Shown here piece by piece: positions 37,813 through 50,874 of a stretch of 64,000 bases of DNA (its first letter is position 1; each line of letters opens with the position of its first letter). The stretch is taken from positions 6,776,502 to 6,840,501 of the forward strand of contig CM119264.1 of assembly GCA_051294375.1 (NCBI GenBank). The letters are read 5' to 3'. This DNA is from Paraspadella gotoi. Its lineage: Eukaryota > Animalia > Chaetognatha. Both the position numbers and the translations under genes were made by a program. A model generated the notes under the pieces. It saw only the letters and a program-made list of their open reading frames with translations. It did not search any database and had not been told where the DNA came from.

Positions 37813-39135
37813 CCCAGGCGTTGCGCGCCAAGAATGGACCGCCAGCGCCGCCCGGCTTCTCAAGCCACCCTAGAGACGGCGGCGGGGCTTCGACCCAACG
37901 CGCGATGGGGATTCTACAAATTCCCCGACTGTTACGACTACGACGCTCAGCGGACCGTTTGCGACGGATCTGTCGGTAAGTTACTGTCTTGGGAATACTG
38001 CGAGGGGAATACCGTTAGATCATAACTAAGTAATACTTAATAAAGTTAAAATTATCTTTCGCCGTCGATTAAGCTTCATTTAAATATCTTTCAAACTCCT
38101 GCAATCTACACAAAGTCCGCAAATACATATGTTGCCTTCGTCCCGTGAGTTTGAGAGATGAGATCACATGCTCGCAATGTATGTGTTTCTCTAACGTTGA
38201 TTACAAAAAACGAAGCTGTATCTTTTCAGCCCTCTCATTTGTCAATTTGCTTCTCATTTTGCTTTTCTATCATATCACCCTCGCTCGACAGTCTGGTACA
38301 ACGACCAACTGAGTTGGCTTTGGAACGCTAGTTCAGCCCTCTACCCGTCCGCCTACTTTGGCGCCAACTTCCCGCCGACCGCCTGGCAAAAGCGGAACTA
38401 CGTTCGCGCCCACGTCAACGAAGCGGCGCGCGTTGGACGTCGCGGCGCCAGCTCGCTTCCGGTTTATCTCTACGTCAGGTCAGTAATTGGGTGAGAGTTC
38501 CTCCGTTCCTTTCCTCTCCTCCCTTCCTTTTTCATTTTCCTCCTTTTCTCCATTCCTTTCTTTCTTCCTCCTTCCCTCCCTTCCTCTTCACCATAACTCT
38601 TTCCTTTTCCTCCTTTTCCCCATTCCTTTCTCTCTTCCTCCCTTTCCTCCTTTCCTTTCCTCCCTTCTCCTCCCCATCTCCTTCCTCCAGATATTCCTAT
38701 TCCCCCACCTCCTTCGCCTCCGCCTCCGACCTCGACGCCGCCGTCAGACTTTCGGCGGATCTCGGTGCCGCCGGCGTCATCCTTTGGGACGCCTCGGCGC
38801 CATTCGGCGACGCCGCCTATTGCGGGCGCCTGAAGGCGGCGTTGGAGACGACGCTGGGGCCGCTGGTCAAGCGGGTCGTCGACGGAGCGAGGGAGTGTTC
38901 GAGGAAGGAGTGCGGGGGGAAAGGGAGGTGCGTGGTGGAGGGGGAGGTGGGGATGGAGGAGGAGGAGGAGGAGGAGGAGGAGGAGGAGGAAGAGATCGAT
39001 GAAGAGTGTGGCAATGTGATGGAGGAGAATGTCACCCTGATGGAGAGTGCAGAAAGAGACAAAGTTTACGATCCGTCGACGAAGTGTCGTTGCTTTTTCG
39101 GGTGGACGGGAGATCGTTGTCAAGACCCAGCGTGA
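34588..39135 (+). CDS. HYAL: Hyaluronidase / chondroitinase, glycoside hydrolase family 56, secreted, with C-terminal EGF-like domain; 6 exons, ~439 aa after correcting two 1-bp deletions
   Basis: join(34588-34810, 35245-35372, 35468-35644, 37818-37975, 38292-38478, 38691-39135), all GT-AG with compatible phases. Family motifs FGVFWNAPS..C, NGGIPQ, catalytic IIDFEQWRP, WGFYKFPDCY, NDQLSWLWNASSALYPSAY, GAAGVILW, CSRKECGGKGRC and CRCFFGWTGDRC. Confidence 0.96.
35245..35372 (+). CDS. HYAL: Hyaluronidase exon 2 (not in the ORF track)
   Basis: GPVISLFYADFTNFGAFPYFDSRGKPVNGGIPQLANLTLHLLR; acceptor TTCGAG, donor GTAATT. Confidence 0.92.
35468..35644 (+). CDS. HYAL: Hyaluronidase exon 3 (catalytic D-x-E)
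   Basis: IRDHVTSALTPDFSGLAIIDFEQWRPTFDRNWDKLKIYKDKSVEYVKRRYPQKSEEQAL. Confidence 0.95.
37818..37975 (+). CDS. HYAL: Hyaluronidase exon 4 (two apparent 1-bp deletions)
   Basis: Restoring one G (~37823) and one C (~37861) gives ALARQEWTASAARLLQATLETAAGLRPNARWGFYKFPDCYDYDAQRTVCDGSV. Confidence 0.9.
38292..38478 (+). CDS. HYAL: Hyaluronidase exon 5 (not in the ORF track)
   Basis: VWYNDQLSWLWNASSALYPSAYFGANFPPTAWQKRNYVRAHVNEAARVGRRGASSLPVYLYVR. Confidence 0.95.
38691..39135 (+). CDS. HYAL: Hyaluronidase exon 6 (end of barrel and EGF-like domain with poly-Glu loop)
   Basis: YSYSPTSFASASDLDAAVRLSADLGAAGVILWDAS...CRCFFGWTGDRCQDPA*. Confidence 0.95.
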
Positions 39136-39775
39136 TAGAAGTCTTGCATAATTCAAAATAATTCATAAAATAATTTTTTTTTTTCGTATTTCACTATCTG
39201 ATTATTAAAATGCAATTACACAAGTTTTTCTGAAAACTTTGTTTATCATGAAGATATTAAAGCCGGCAAAATTAGATTTGGAGTATAATTTTTTTATTTC
39301 ATTCGAAATTACATACCTTGTGCTATATACATGGTATATACATGTTCGTAGTATGTATTATATGTACGAGAAGCGAGGGCTGCTCTTTTGTTTTGAAATT
39401 GTGAGAGCGAAAGAGAGCGCAACCTAACCTTATGTTGAAATGATTGCACTGTTAGAAAACAAAAGCTCAGTTTAAGACGTATTAATATAATCAGTTCTAC
39501 TTCTAGTCAATTTCGCAGCATAACCGGTGGGTAAGCCAAATAATATGATTTATAGTATTATGGTATTAAATTATTAATACCTTTTTATGGCCACTCAAAC
39601 AGACACGAGCATGAACTTATTTCCAGCATTACGGAAAAGACGTCCTTCTCAAAATGCCAAAAAAAAAAAAATAGAGAAAGGAGAGAAAACGGGGAAACGT
39701 TTTGGCGTCAAAACGCAGAAAAAGAAAGACACTACCGCCGCAGCCGCAGCCGCAGCCGCCGCCGTCGCCGCCGCC

Positions 39776-40450
39776 TCAGCAATGCTCTCTCATCGACGAC
39801 GACTATTTTGCCCCCAAAAAAATCCCGAATTAATTTTAGCGATGTTTGCCAAAGGGCTAACTGATGGCAGGGCGCAGGGAGTGGTCGGTCGATCTGTCAT
39901 CAAACTCCGTCCATCGTGCATCCATGAAAAAATTTGATTCCACCAGAAAACATCGAACGCGATTCGATCGTCAGGAGCGTCAAAGTCGATAATTAAAATA
40001 ATAAATAAAAGGAAAAGAAACCTGAGGAATTCATCTTACAGCAGTCAAATCAAGGAAGAAAGATTAAAGAAAAGAAAGAAAGAAAGAAAGAAAGAAGGAC
40101 CGAATGGATTGCTCTGAAATTCCAACAAATTCTCGCGTCAAAGCCTACGTGTCGCTTCTCTCCAGACCTCAGAATTCAGCCGGCATTAAAAAAGTAGCAA
40201 CATTCAGTATCATACGACGATTGACGAGATGAAAGACGACTGCTCTGGTACGTCGAGTGACGACGAGCTCGACCGCAGTGACAGTCCATAATACAGCCTC
40301 TCCGCCGCCTTCCCGGGGGCGGTGATAGAAAAAAATGGTATCGGAAACTATATAAACTTTCCTCTCCCCTACGGAACGGCGGAAATCGCAGCAATAAGAA
40401 ACCGATCCCGTATACTAATGGTTTCGTCAGATAGTTCAGAAACCATTCTA
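39776..40450 (+). repeat. Noisy direct duplicate of 43387-43965
   Basis: Starts tcagcaatgctctctcatcgacgacg, exactly as the sequence following the 43362-43386 gap does, and degrades with insertion-type noise. Confidence 0.9.
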
Positions 40451-40544
40451 TCTTTCGTGCTCTCTTGCCTACTCTTACTCTTCTTCTATGTCTCTCCTTC
40501 TCCCATCTTTCTCTCTCCTCTCTTCTCTCTCTCTCTTCTGCTCT

Positions 40545-40583
<39 letters not shown>

Positions 40584-40668
40584 CTCTCTCTCTCTCTCTC
40601 TCTCCTCTCTCCTCTCTCTCCTCTCTCTTTGTTTCTCTTCTTCTCCCTTCTCTACTTTCTCTCTCTTT

Positions 40669-40708
<40 letters not shown>

Positions 40709-43447
40709 CCTCTCTCTCTCTTCCCTCTTTTTTCTTTCTCTTCTCTCTCTCTTCTCTCTTTTCTCTTCTCTCTCTCTCTCTCTTCATGGGGGTTGGTCCG
40801 ATCGTCAAATACGAACAGAGGTTTCCGCGGCGGTATTACAACCCAATCATAGGTGCTTTCCCCACTCTGTGTTCCGTCCTCCCTCTCTTCTCTTAACCGC
40901 GCGCCCCCCGTCTCAAAGTCTCGGGTCCAGTCCCGCCTTGTTCGCTTTTAGGCTGTACTCATCCGAAAAAATGATCGAGCATCCCTCTTCTCCTTTCCTC
41001 TATCCCTCGCCCCCCCCACGGTCGGCCTTGAGACTTTCCCCGTGGATCCCTCGACTCCGTAAATAATTGGGCGCATCGTCGTCGGGGACTCTCAAGCGCT
41101 GCGAATGACGTCTCGCAGAAGTACTGCTTCAGCAGGCTTCTTTTTCTCTCTCTTCTCTCTAAATGTTTTCTCCTTAGTTTTTCGCTTTTCACTCTTTGTA
41201 CAATATTTTCCTTCATGTAATCAAAGAATAACAAAAGTTATTATAGAGATGTATCAAGATGAATGGATAATTTTTATAATTGGTTGTACTAACGTTCTAT
41301 ATTTAATAATTTGTAATTTAGTAATTTCGTTAGTTCGTCTCGTGTATTTGAGGCACAATATGGTTTGTGTGTTCTCTACAACGAATTTTCTCTCTATTTT
41401 TGGAACGGATCGTTCTGGCTTTGAGTTGCAAGCCTTCTTCAAATTGTTGACGGCTGAAGGAAGGCCTTGCAACTATAGCGAAACATTTCCGTTTTTTCTA
41501 TGAAAAATAAAAAAAAATTTGTGTTGTAAAGACAAGGAAAACCAGTTTCTGCGCTTCAATATTTATAAATTGTGAGGCGTATATTAATATATATTACCAT
41601 ACATTCACAGCTGTATCCCAATGGTACTTGGTCGGTATTACATTGGTAGCTACTGGATATTGAGAATGTATAATTGTTGGGTCGGTAACGCATTGTCAAA
41701 GATAAGTCTTTACCATTCTCTGATTACTCTATTCTTTGAAATCATTATACTTTTTATTAAATTTTTGGATTTGCTTTTTTTACTTATAAAATTAAGAATT
41801 CTTTTATTATCAAATATTTAGTAAAAATAGTTTTAATAATATGAATTATTTAAACTTTTAATTTTGTAGATAATAAGTGGATTAATGCAAAACTTAATAT
41901 AAACAATATTAAACAAAATATATAAAAAATATAAAAACATTGCTAATTAATTGATATTAAATTTTATTTGAAGTTGATGAGCGACGTATTGAATCATTAA
42001 GCCAGAACAAAATGTTGCTATTTATTTTCAGATAAATTATACACTTTAAATACAACTTAAAAAAAGTAATAGCAAATGAAACAAGGCGTAAGTTTACGTA
42101 ATTGTATTGTTATAAAGTAAGGAATTAACTGTGCAGTGAATGGTGAAAAGCTCTTGGAGATAAAATATGAGGTAGTTTTCTTACTTGTGCTCACTGCTCT
42201 ATAAAAAGCGAGAAAATATTTCAGAAAACCATTATTGAGTTTATCACAATATTAGATATAATAAATATATTGATCACAATAATATAAAATTTAGTAGCTT
42301 AATTTAAAAATGAAACAAATATATCACTTACAGATTTTTTTTCAACACATTTTATGTAAGTTACACTTACATGGTTTTCCTTTATTCAATTTTGTTTAAA
42401 ATTTAGCTATCATATAAAATAGGTCCTACATCTATGTGCATAATTTCATTTAAAATGAATTAAAAGTTTTTCGATCTGAGTATAGAAGGCAGTAAGCTTT
42501 CTTAACAGACATTATGCGTCATATTGAACAAAACTTTTGTTTTACTTTTAGTCCTTTTTTCGAAGCGACCTCTCTAAACACTGTTGCAGCATTCCACAGA
42601 CAAAAGACAGTGAAACTTGCACCAGATGTCAGACTGCTGCGAAGAGACTAGTAACCTGGATTAAGGGCTAAGCATAATTAAATTATTTAATGATTATAGG
42701 AAAAAATACCTTGAGTTATTTTTATCTTCATTAAATTACATTTTTTTAAACTTTTTAATATCGGGGGATCAATAAATATTTTCATGGAATGCCGGTATGC
42801 TCATGAAAAAAAATAATTTTTTATGTTTACTTTTTTTATTCAAAAACAACCTGATTGACATAATTTGACGAAAAAAAAATGCAAAGCGTTCAAGCTTAGC
42901 ATTTTTTCCCTACTTTTGCAATATTTGCACATTTGTAGAAAAGTACTTTATACTCACGAAACTCTATAGTAAATCATTAATTTCTACAACTCCGAACACA
43001 TTGTTAGAAAGTGTATTGATAAGGATCCGCGAATGAGGATCGAAGAGGGAGACATGCGCCGAAAGAGGATTTTTGTATGTTCACGAAGGAAGAGAATCCT
43101 CTTCCTTTTCGCCGGCAATAGTTACTTAAGCGATGTGATAACCCATCATGGTATACGGTGTTCACAATGCACGTCTCTCCGTCTGTGGAGAAGGTCTGGC
43201 TGTACTAAACTAGCGATCAATTTTACTTCAACAGTCGCTGGACTTGACACTGATCCCTCTCGCAGCTTCGCCAAGCGATCCATGCTGCCGCGATGCAGCT
43301 CACTACGCGGACACGGGTTCGTCACTTTCTACGATCCATCTCTTCTTACACTCGGCATCTTNNNNNNNNNNNNNNNNNNNNNNNNNTCAGCAATGCTCTC
43401 TCATCGACGACGACTATTTTGCCCCCAAAAAAAATCCCGAATTAATT

Positions 43448-43642
43448 TTAGCGATGTTTGGCCAAAGGGCTAACTGATGGCAGGGCGCAGGGAGTGGTCG
43501 GTCGATCTGTCATCAAACTCCGTCCATCGTGCATCCATGAACTAATTTGATTCCACAGAAACATCGAACGCGATTCGATCGTCAGCGTCAAAGTCGATAA
43601 TAAAAATGATAATAAAAGGAAAGAAACCTGAAGGGAATTCAT
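43448..43642 (-). CDS. Small ORF with signal-peptide-like start, possible secreted peptide
   Basis: MNSLQVSFLLLSFLLSTLTLTIES-RSMFLWNQISSWMHDGRSLM... The ATG directly follows a pyrimidine tract and TAG. The noisy duplicate disagrees on the frame. Confidence 0.25.
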   Translation of the reverse strand: MNSLQVSFLLLSFLLSTLTLTIESRSMFLWNQISSWMHDGRSLMTDRPTTPCALPSVSPLAKHR

Positions 43643-43960
43643 CTACAGCAGTCAAAATCAAGGAAGAGAAAGATAAAGAAAAGAAAAGAAAGAAAGAAAG
43701 AAAGAAAGACCGACAGATTCCTACTGAGTCCAACAAATTCGGTCAAGCGACGTCGCTTCTCTCGACGCCAGAATCCGGATTAAAAACAACATCAGTCAAC
43801 GACGACGACGACGATGAAGACGACGACGATGAGGACGACGAGAACGACGACGACGACAACAACAGCCTCCGCCGCCTCCGGGGGCGGGAAAAAAATGGAT
43901 CGAATACATAAACTTTCCCTCTCCCCGGAATCGTCCGTCTAATGGGTCTAATAGTCGAAC

Positions 43961-44004
<44 letters not shown>

Positions 44005-44114
44005 CTCTCTCTCCCTCCTCCCTCCTCCCTCCATCCGACATTGATGTGGAATCCTTGAGATGAGAATCGAGACAGCGACGACTCAGTAGCCAAAACGGCA
44101 TTCTAATGGCATGG

Positions 44115-44320
44115 GTTCTGATTGGTCAATTCTCATTGCACAATGCTCTTTTGTCATTGGTCAATGCTCATAGGTCAACGGTCTTTGGTCAATCTTTAAG
44201 CTTCTCTCGTCCATCTTTTTTTTTTTTTGCAATTTGCTCATTTGTTTTGACTTCGTTTCATGATTGTCAATTCGTTTCCCGATTGGCCGAAATCTTTTTC
44301 TTCTTTCTGATTGGACTTGT
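44115..44320 (-). promoter_or_regulatory. CCAAT-box cluster, putative promoter
   Basis: GATTGG at ~44120, 44281 and 44309 (CCAATC on the minus strand), upstream of a GA-repeat leader. Confidence 0.4.
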
Positions 44321-44438
44321 CCTAGGCGGACATTCTGATGTATGGCGTTTTTAAAGGAAAACTGAAAACTGACCCTCTGTGGAAACTGGAAAGTCATGGA
44401 AAGGCGGCGAGAATATTAGTCTCAGACACTCTAACATT

Positions 44439-44548
<110 letters not shown>

Positions 44549-44936
44549 AACTAAAGGCGCTTAAACAAAAGCGAATACGTATAGACGAAATACCAAATCC
44601 AAACGCCAACGTTTGAGGCAAAACAAAAGGTTTTTTTTCCGATTGAGCAGTATTCCGTTTCACAGAAATACAATACAGTATAAAGCAGCAAAAATCTCGA
44701 ACCTGAAAATAGATAACATCTGCGCCTTCTACATCAGAGTGTTTCGAAGGCAAAGTTAATTAATAGCAAACCATTCTTACATTATAATTATAATATTGAG
44801 TTTTTTTTTACTAAAGAGTATCGATGGGAATGGGTAAGATTTCATGATTCGTTATTTAATGTTGAGGTACAAAAAAGAAATATAATTTAAAACAAGATCG
44901 GTTCATCCAATGTTTTGCGCCGCAGTGACTTTATTT

Positions 44937-45018
44937 TCACGTGTATTTCTCGTGACATGACATGACGTGATCTGGCATGACATGACTACAATTACCTTCT
45001 TTGCCCATATATTTATGA
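44937..45018 (-). mobile_element. Short interspersed repeat end with a (GTCAT)n pentamer tract (homologue at 63046-63153, +); Helentron/HINE-like
   Basis: Minus strand aatatatgggcaaagaaggtaattgtagtcatgtcatg...cacgagaaatacacgtg matches aatacacgggctacgaaagttattgtagtcatg...cccgagatatacaggtg. The family assignment is inference. Confidence 0.55.
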
Positions 45019-45024
45019 CACACA

Positions 45025-45103
<79 letters not shown>

Positions 45104-46516
45104 GAGAGAGGATCAACGAATCGTCGTGATACGTAGTCATTGCTCATCGTCATAGTCGTCCTCTTTGTCCGTTGCTTTGCCTTCGGAAAAAGTTTCGTTC
45201 TTTTCATGATAAAAACCATTAATAAACGAAAATCCCGACTTTTTAAACGTTAAGAATTGCGAAGAAAAAGGTCTTTTGACAAAAAGTTAAAAGATTTAAT
45301 GTTTGTCGAAGTATATATATTAGTTCTGTAAAGGCAAGGTTAAAAAAATACAGTCGACAAACAAAATATCGTTAACCGTTGACGTGTCTCCGTCAAGTCT
45401 TGCAATCTGACTTTTATTAACGCGATATCATTTCGAGGCAAAGGTCACGTTGACTCATCAACGAATCGACGAATGAGAAATCGTCATTACTTTTCTTCTT
45501 TTTCTTCTGACGCGCACCGGGTGGATTCGTCTATAAATTGATAAATTATATGCCAATTAAAAGATTAAAACGATACTAATGGAAGATATATATTCATAAA
45601 AGGGAACCAATAAACAAAACGATACTTTACCTTCTTAATAAGTACTTATGTTCCTAAATTCATATAATGTAACTTTTTAACTCGAGCTTCAAAACTGGAT
45701 TCAAGAATTTCGAAATAAAAAAAATAAAAAACTCTTTTTCAAAATTCCATCTCCGCGATTCTGATATTTATTGATTCGGGGTCGAAAGCGACGATCGACC
45801 CCTTGTATGCGGAGGGAATAATGATGTCAACGAGTGGAATAGACTTGAGTCGCGAATCCAACCCCAAATTCCGTCTCTCGATTTCGTCGCAGAAAAATCC
45901 AAAAAAACTATCCACAATATATCCTCTAAGTAAAACATACTGGCGCAAATAACTGCATTCAATCCTCATAGTTTTATTGAAAAAAAGTTTTCCATATTTT
46001 TATTCGTCGTAATACCTTTTTCCCTGCGATCCCTGCGATCATTCTTACTCACCTTTTACCAAGTCTTAACTATATTAGTTGTACCAATTTCATAAGACTC
46101 AGCAATAGTTTTCACTCCATTCTTCAAGATCTCTCCTTTCTAAGAAATCAGCGCGTGACTGTTTAATCCCTAAAAAACTTTTTTTCAGTTTTCTTTTCTC
46201 ACTGTACCTATGTCGTATCACGTAAATCTCCCCTTTCAACATCAATACAATTTCGTTACCCTTCCCCATCTCCTCTCCACCCGCCCCTCCATACCCCATC
46301 ACCGACACCATCTTCTCCCTCTCTCCCTTCCCGACCCCCGGGAGGCGGCAATAAACGTTCAGGGATCAAGAACTTGACTCGTGCTTCCCTCGGTTTCGAC
46401 TCCCGGTCATTTCCCATCGCGTGTCCCCGTCACATTACCACAAAACATATTTGTCTCCGATTCGGAGTCGCAATAAAAAACCGGGAGCCTCTCTCTCTTC
46501 TCTTCTCTTCTCTCTC

Positions 46517-46578
<62 letters not shown>

Positions 46579-47008
46579 CTCTCTCTCTTCCAAACTCCTT
46601 TCCTCCTTTTTCTGTTGGGAGAAAAATAAATTACTTGTTTCTGAAACTTCGATCCGCTGAAACGTTTTCATTTTGAAACTTTTACTTGGGTCCTTGAATA
46701 TTAATTCGCGTCATTAGTCAAGCCATCTGTTCCAACTCCCTCCGCCTTTTCTGCCCTTTCCTCTCTTTCCTCGTTCCTCTCCTCTCTTTCCTTTCCTCCA
46801 CTTTCCTCTACCGCCTCCCTTTCCTTCCTTCTTTCTCATCCAAACTCCATTGCTCGACCCACATTTGATCATAAAATTGCGCGCGGAACTTTGCTTAGTC
46901 TTTTTCCTTAATTGCTTCCGATTCTTCGAATCTCCTTGTTTTCCTTTGCTTTTATATGGCTGGTTTCTACTCTCTCTCTCTCTCGTCTTCTCTCTCTCTC
47001 TCCTCTCT

Positions 47009-47080
<72 letters not shown>

Positions 47081-47742
47081 GGATATAGCGCAGCCGATCT
47101 GTTTAATGGTTCCTCCCTTTCCTTTCTACCACAATTGAAACAGCGTTGAAGACTTAATCTTTTCCTTTTATTTCTTTTTTTCTTTTCCTCGAAGATTCTC
47201 GCGCCAATTGTTTTGTTTTTTTCTTTTTAAATCCAGTTATATTCAACGTTAATGTATTTACAATTACATTCTTGTCTTTGTTACCCAGGCCTCTCTGAAA
47301 ATCAAAATGGCAACACGAACAAAAGATTTGTTTGCTTTTTGATGATCGACTGTCAGTTGGCTACAGTTACGGAAGGGAAATGACCTACACAGTAGTGAAG
47401 CTTTCTACAGAGATTCGATGCTCAGAACGAATAGCCTCGCTGGCCACGCCCAGATTCGTCGACGTTAACCCCATTTCCTCGTTAATTCTATCCAGTTCAT
47501 GAATTATCTTCATTAAATATTGGGCATTTTTTAATCATATTTTTTTCCATATTCTCTGCCTCTCTCGAACTTTATTGTTCTTTTTTTTTCACGCGATTAG
47601 TTTAACTCGGTTTTTTTTATCTAAGTCCCTCACTCACCAACATCCCTACCTCCCTACCACCTTTTCCCACACCCCCTTCACCCAGGAGAGGCGTGGGTGG
47701 GGGATAAATCGTGGCTCTCGTGCGTGACGTCATAACTTGTGA

Positions 47743-47826
<84 letters not shown>

Positions 47827-49382
47827 CCGGCGTCGAAACCAAATGAGCGACGGAAAACTCATTTCGCTGGAAAAAATCGATCTGGGGGTTTGGGGTTTTT
47901 TTTTGGTTTCCCCGCGTTTTAATGTTTACCATTCATTAAAATTTTGTAGATATTTATTCTTTTTTTTAGTTATAAAAATTTTAAAAGTGAAGGTTTAGTA
48001 GATACAAAACGGAACAGTTGTAATTAAAAGAAGGTCGGTGGTATTGACATACATAATTGAAAAATATGCTTATTCAATGTTTTTTTTTTCAAAAAAATAT
48101 TCAATGAAACTACTATGTTGTTTGCATTATATAAATCTTGTCTGTTATTTGTTAATTTTTCCCCCCAAAAAGTACCCAGTGAAATAAAGAATTTTTATTG
48201 AAGAAACTGGACAGCAAGATCAATAGCGAAACTACTTACTACCCTTATTCCCTTTAGCAAGATTTGAATTCCGACTATAAACGAACAGACGACATTTTAA
48301 TCCTTTGATGTCGACCTCAGCTGAATCATTTATCTCTCAAACTTATTCGAATATATTTGGTGGAGGAACATCTTCATTTTCGCGAGAAAGAAGAGGAGGA
48401 AGAGGAAGAAGAGGAAGAGGAGAAGGAAGAGGAAGACGAGTCGATTGTGAATCGATTTTTGTTCTTACTTCTAGAACCATTAATCTCTGGAAGAAGAAGA
48501 GAAAGCGAAGGCTCTCGCCCGAGGTCGTCGCATCCTTTTGGTGCCTCATATCCTCGAGGCACAGGGAGTTATCCAGAAGCGGCTCAAGACTCGAGAGCCT
48601 TTGAGCGCCTCATACCACCTGATGACGCGCTTTTTTCTCTATCGGTACTCAAAAGAAGATTTTGGTCGCTTGACATCTGGTGGTAGACGCCCTAAAAACC
48701 TAAAAAACTTGGGACATCAAGGACTCGAGAGATCATCATTTTCTCGGGTTTGCCAATATGCACGGTGCCCCACGACCTCTTGGAGTCAAACAAAAATTGA
48801 ATTCAATATCAGTCTTTTGGATTTATTTCTGAAACGTTTCATTTTGAATTTTGAGTCAGTCTCAATATATTAAGTCTGTTCAGCCCCGCGGCGACGGTTC
48901 CTCTGCAACCTGCAATCTAATTTTCAGTCACTCTGCGACGCTTCGCAGTTCACCCCATAGATTCAACCATCGCGGGCGTTCAACTCCATCTCGCTTTTCT
49001 TTCCCAAGCTTTTTTGATCGTTTGCCAAATCCTGGTTGTTTGGTTTCGCCGACGAGTCGACGACAACAATAACGACGACGACCAGATACCAAGGTTGACA
49101 AGAAACGAACACAAATGTCGTCACCCTTTTTTCCTCCGCCTCCTTTTTTTTACTTACCCTTTTCTCCAGCTCAACCTTACCTTCAACCTCCAACGCGCGT
49201 CTCGTGGGAAGTGTGAATTTCGTACTCCGTCAACTTTTCTTTTTCTTTTTCAATTTTTTGTTTTTCATTTTAAAAGGTTTTAGTACAAAAAAGCGTCTTT
49301 TTTAGATCAATGACAATGCTTTCTATTTTCTTTATGTTATTCTTTTTTTTTCTTTTTCATTATTATATTTATTTTTATTTTT

Positions 49383-49446
<64 letters not shown>

Positions 49447-50827
49447 TATTTCTTTTTTCTTTCTTTCCTTCTTTTTTTTCTCTCCTTTCTTTCTTTCTTT
49501 CTCTCCTTCTTTCTTTCTTTCTTTTTTTCTTTCTCTCTTTCAATTATTTTCTATTTCTTTTTCTTTTCAGTTTTTTCTTTCTATTTTTTCAAATCCCTTC
49601 GCTCTCTCCCTCAAGACTTTTCAGTTTGCATGACCATCATCATTTGCCACTTTCAACGGAAAACCAAGAAAATCCAAGGTGGCGGAATTAATACCTTTTT
49701 TTTCAGATTTATTCTTTTTTTTCCAAAAACTAAATTCGCGAATTTTTATTATTTTTAGCTTTTAGCATCGATCACAAGCTTCAAGGCGATTTCCCGCCTT
49801 GGATTTAAACTCATAAGAAAAATTAGATTTGCAAATTTTGAGATTTTTCGTTTTCTTTTAACGCCTTGAGAAAACTCTTGGCTCGATTAGAACTAAAAAA
49901 AAAATAATTACCGGATATTTCAAACCCCCAAGAGAAAACTCTCCAACTGCCTGAATATGAATCCTACAAATAAGTATTAACAATAAGTATTCAAACATTT
50001 TTTAAAAGATTTAAGATACTAAAAATTTAAAAAAACAATTGCTATTTTGTTGAAGTGCATGTGCAAGTAAAGATCTAGTGGGTACCGATAAAGTTGATTT
50101 TGAATGTTGTCGTAAAAAAAAGCTTCCTTTTTTGTAAAGCCCTCAGCTATAAGTGGTTCTAATTACTCCCCTCTATTGTCTCTCACAAATCTACGTGAGG
50201 GACTAAAGTCCCACCCAAAAAGTAATGTAGAAGACGAAAATATACAAGGTTAAGACCTTGGTAAGTCGCAAAGAAGAAGATCACTAGAATTTTATTCTTT
50301 GTTCTTGGTAACTTTCCTTACTCGTCGCAAAGAGTTCATGCCGTAAAATTTTTAATTTTCAATTATTTACCGGCAAAGTTGTTTAAGAACTTTTAATAGT
50401 TTTTTTTTAAGCAGAAATGAAATAAATTTAACGTTGGCGATGCCCTTTTTTTTTCTCCAAAAGTGGGACAAATGAAGTTATACCTCTTTATACGGCGGAA
50501 AAACCAACTACTTAGGTATTTTTTTCAAAATATGCAAATAAACTTGAATAGGCTTCGAAAGCGAGGCGCGTTATCTTTTGTTTAAAATTTTAATTCTTTC
50601 CGCGGGGAAACTTATTCTTTTTTTTATTCCCCGTTTAATATATATATCTCGAACCGTTCACCGTCAACCGTACACGCACTTCACAATTTGTAATATTCTC
50701 AAGAATATTCTATTTTTCTTTTATTTACGAAAAAAAAGTTCTCGACAAATTCAGATTTAAAATAGAAAACTTAGAGAAAACCAATTTTTTTTAATTTTTG
50801 TTACAAAACGATTTTTGTATTTGGCAT

Positions 50828-50874
50828 AAAGCAGAACATGTTTCGGCTCTAATTCAAGCCTTCATCAGCGCTTT
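50828..50874 (-). ncRNA. Minimal type I hammerhead ribozyme motif (Penelope-like element type), intact core
   Basis: Minus strand AAAGCG-CUGAUGA-A-GGCU(ugaauuag)AGCC-GAAA-CAUGU-UC-UGCUUU, showing stem I, core, stem II, GAAA and a palindromic stem III. Confidence 0.85.

Noticed and set aside
43033-43361. 146-aa ORF next to the gap
   Set aside because: Runs through Ns, has random-like composition typical of a low-quality read end, and shows no motif.
48300-49200. Exon-like GC-balanced blocks with Glu- or Ser-rich ORFs
   Set aside because: No frame stays open across plausible splice sites and there is no recognisable domain.
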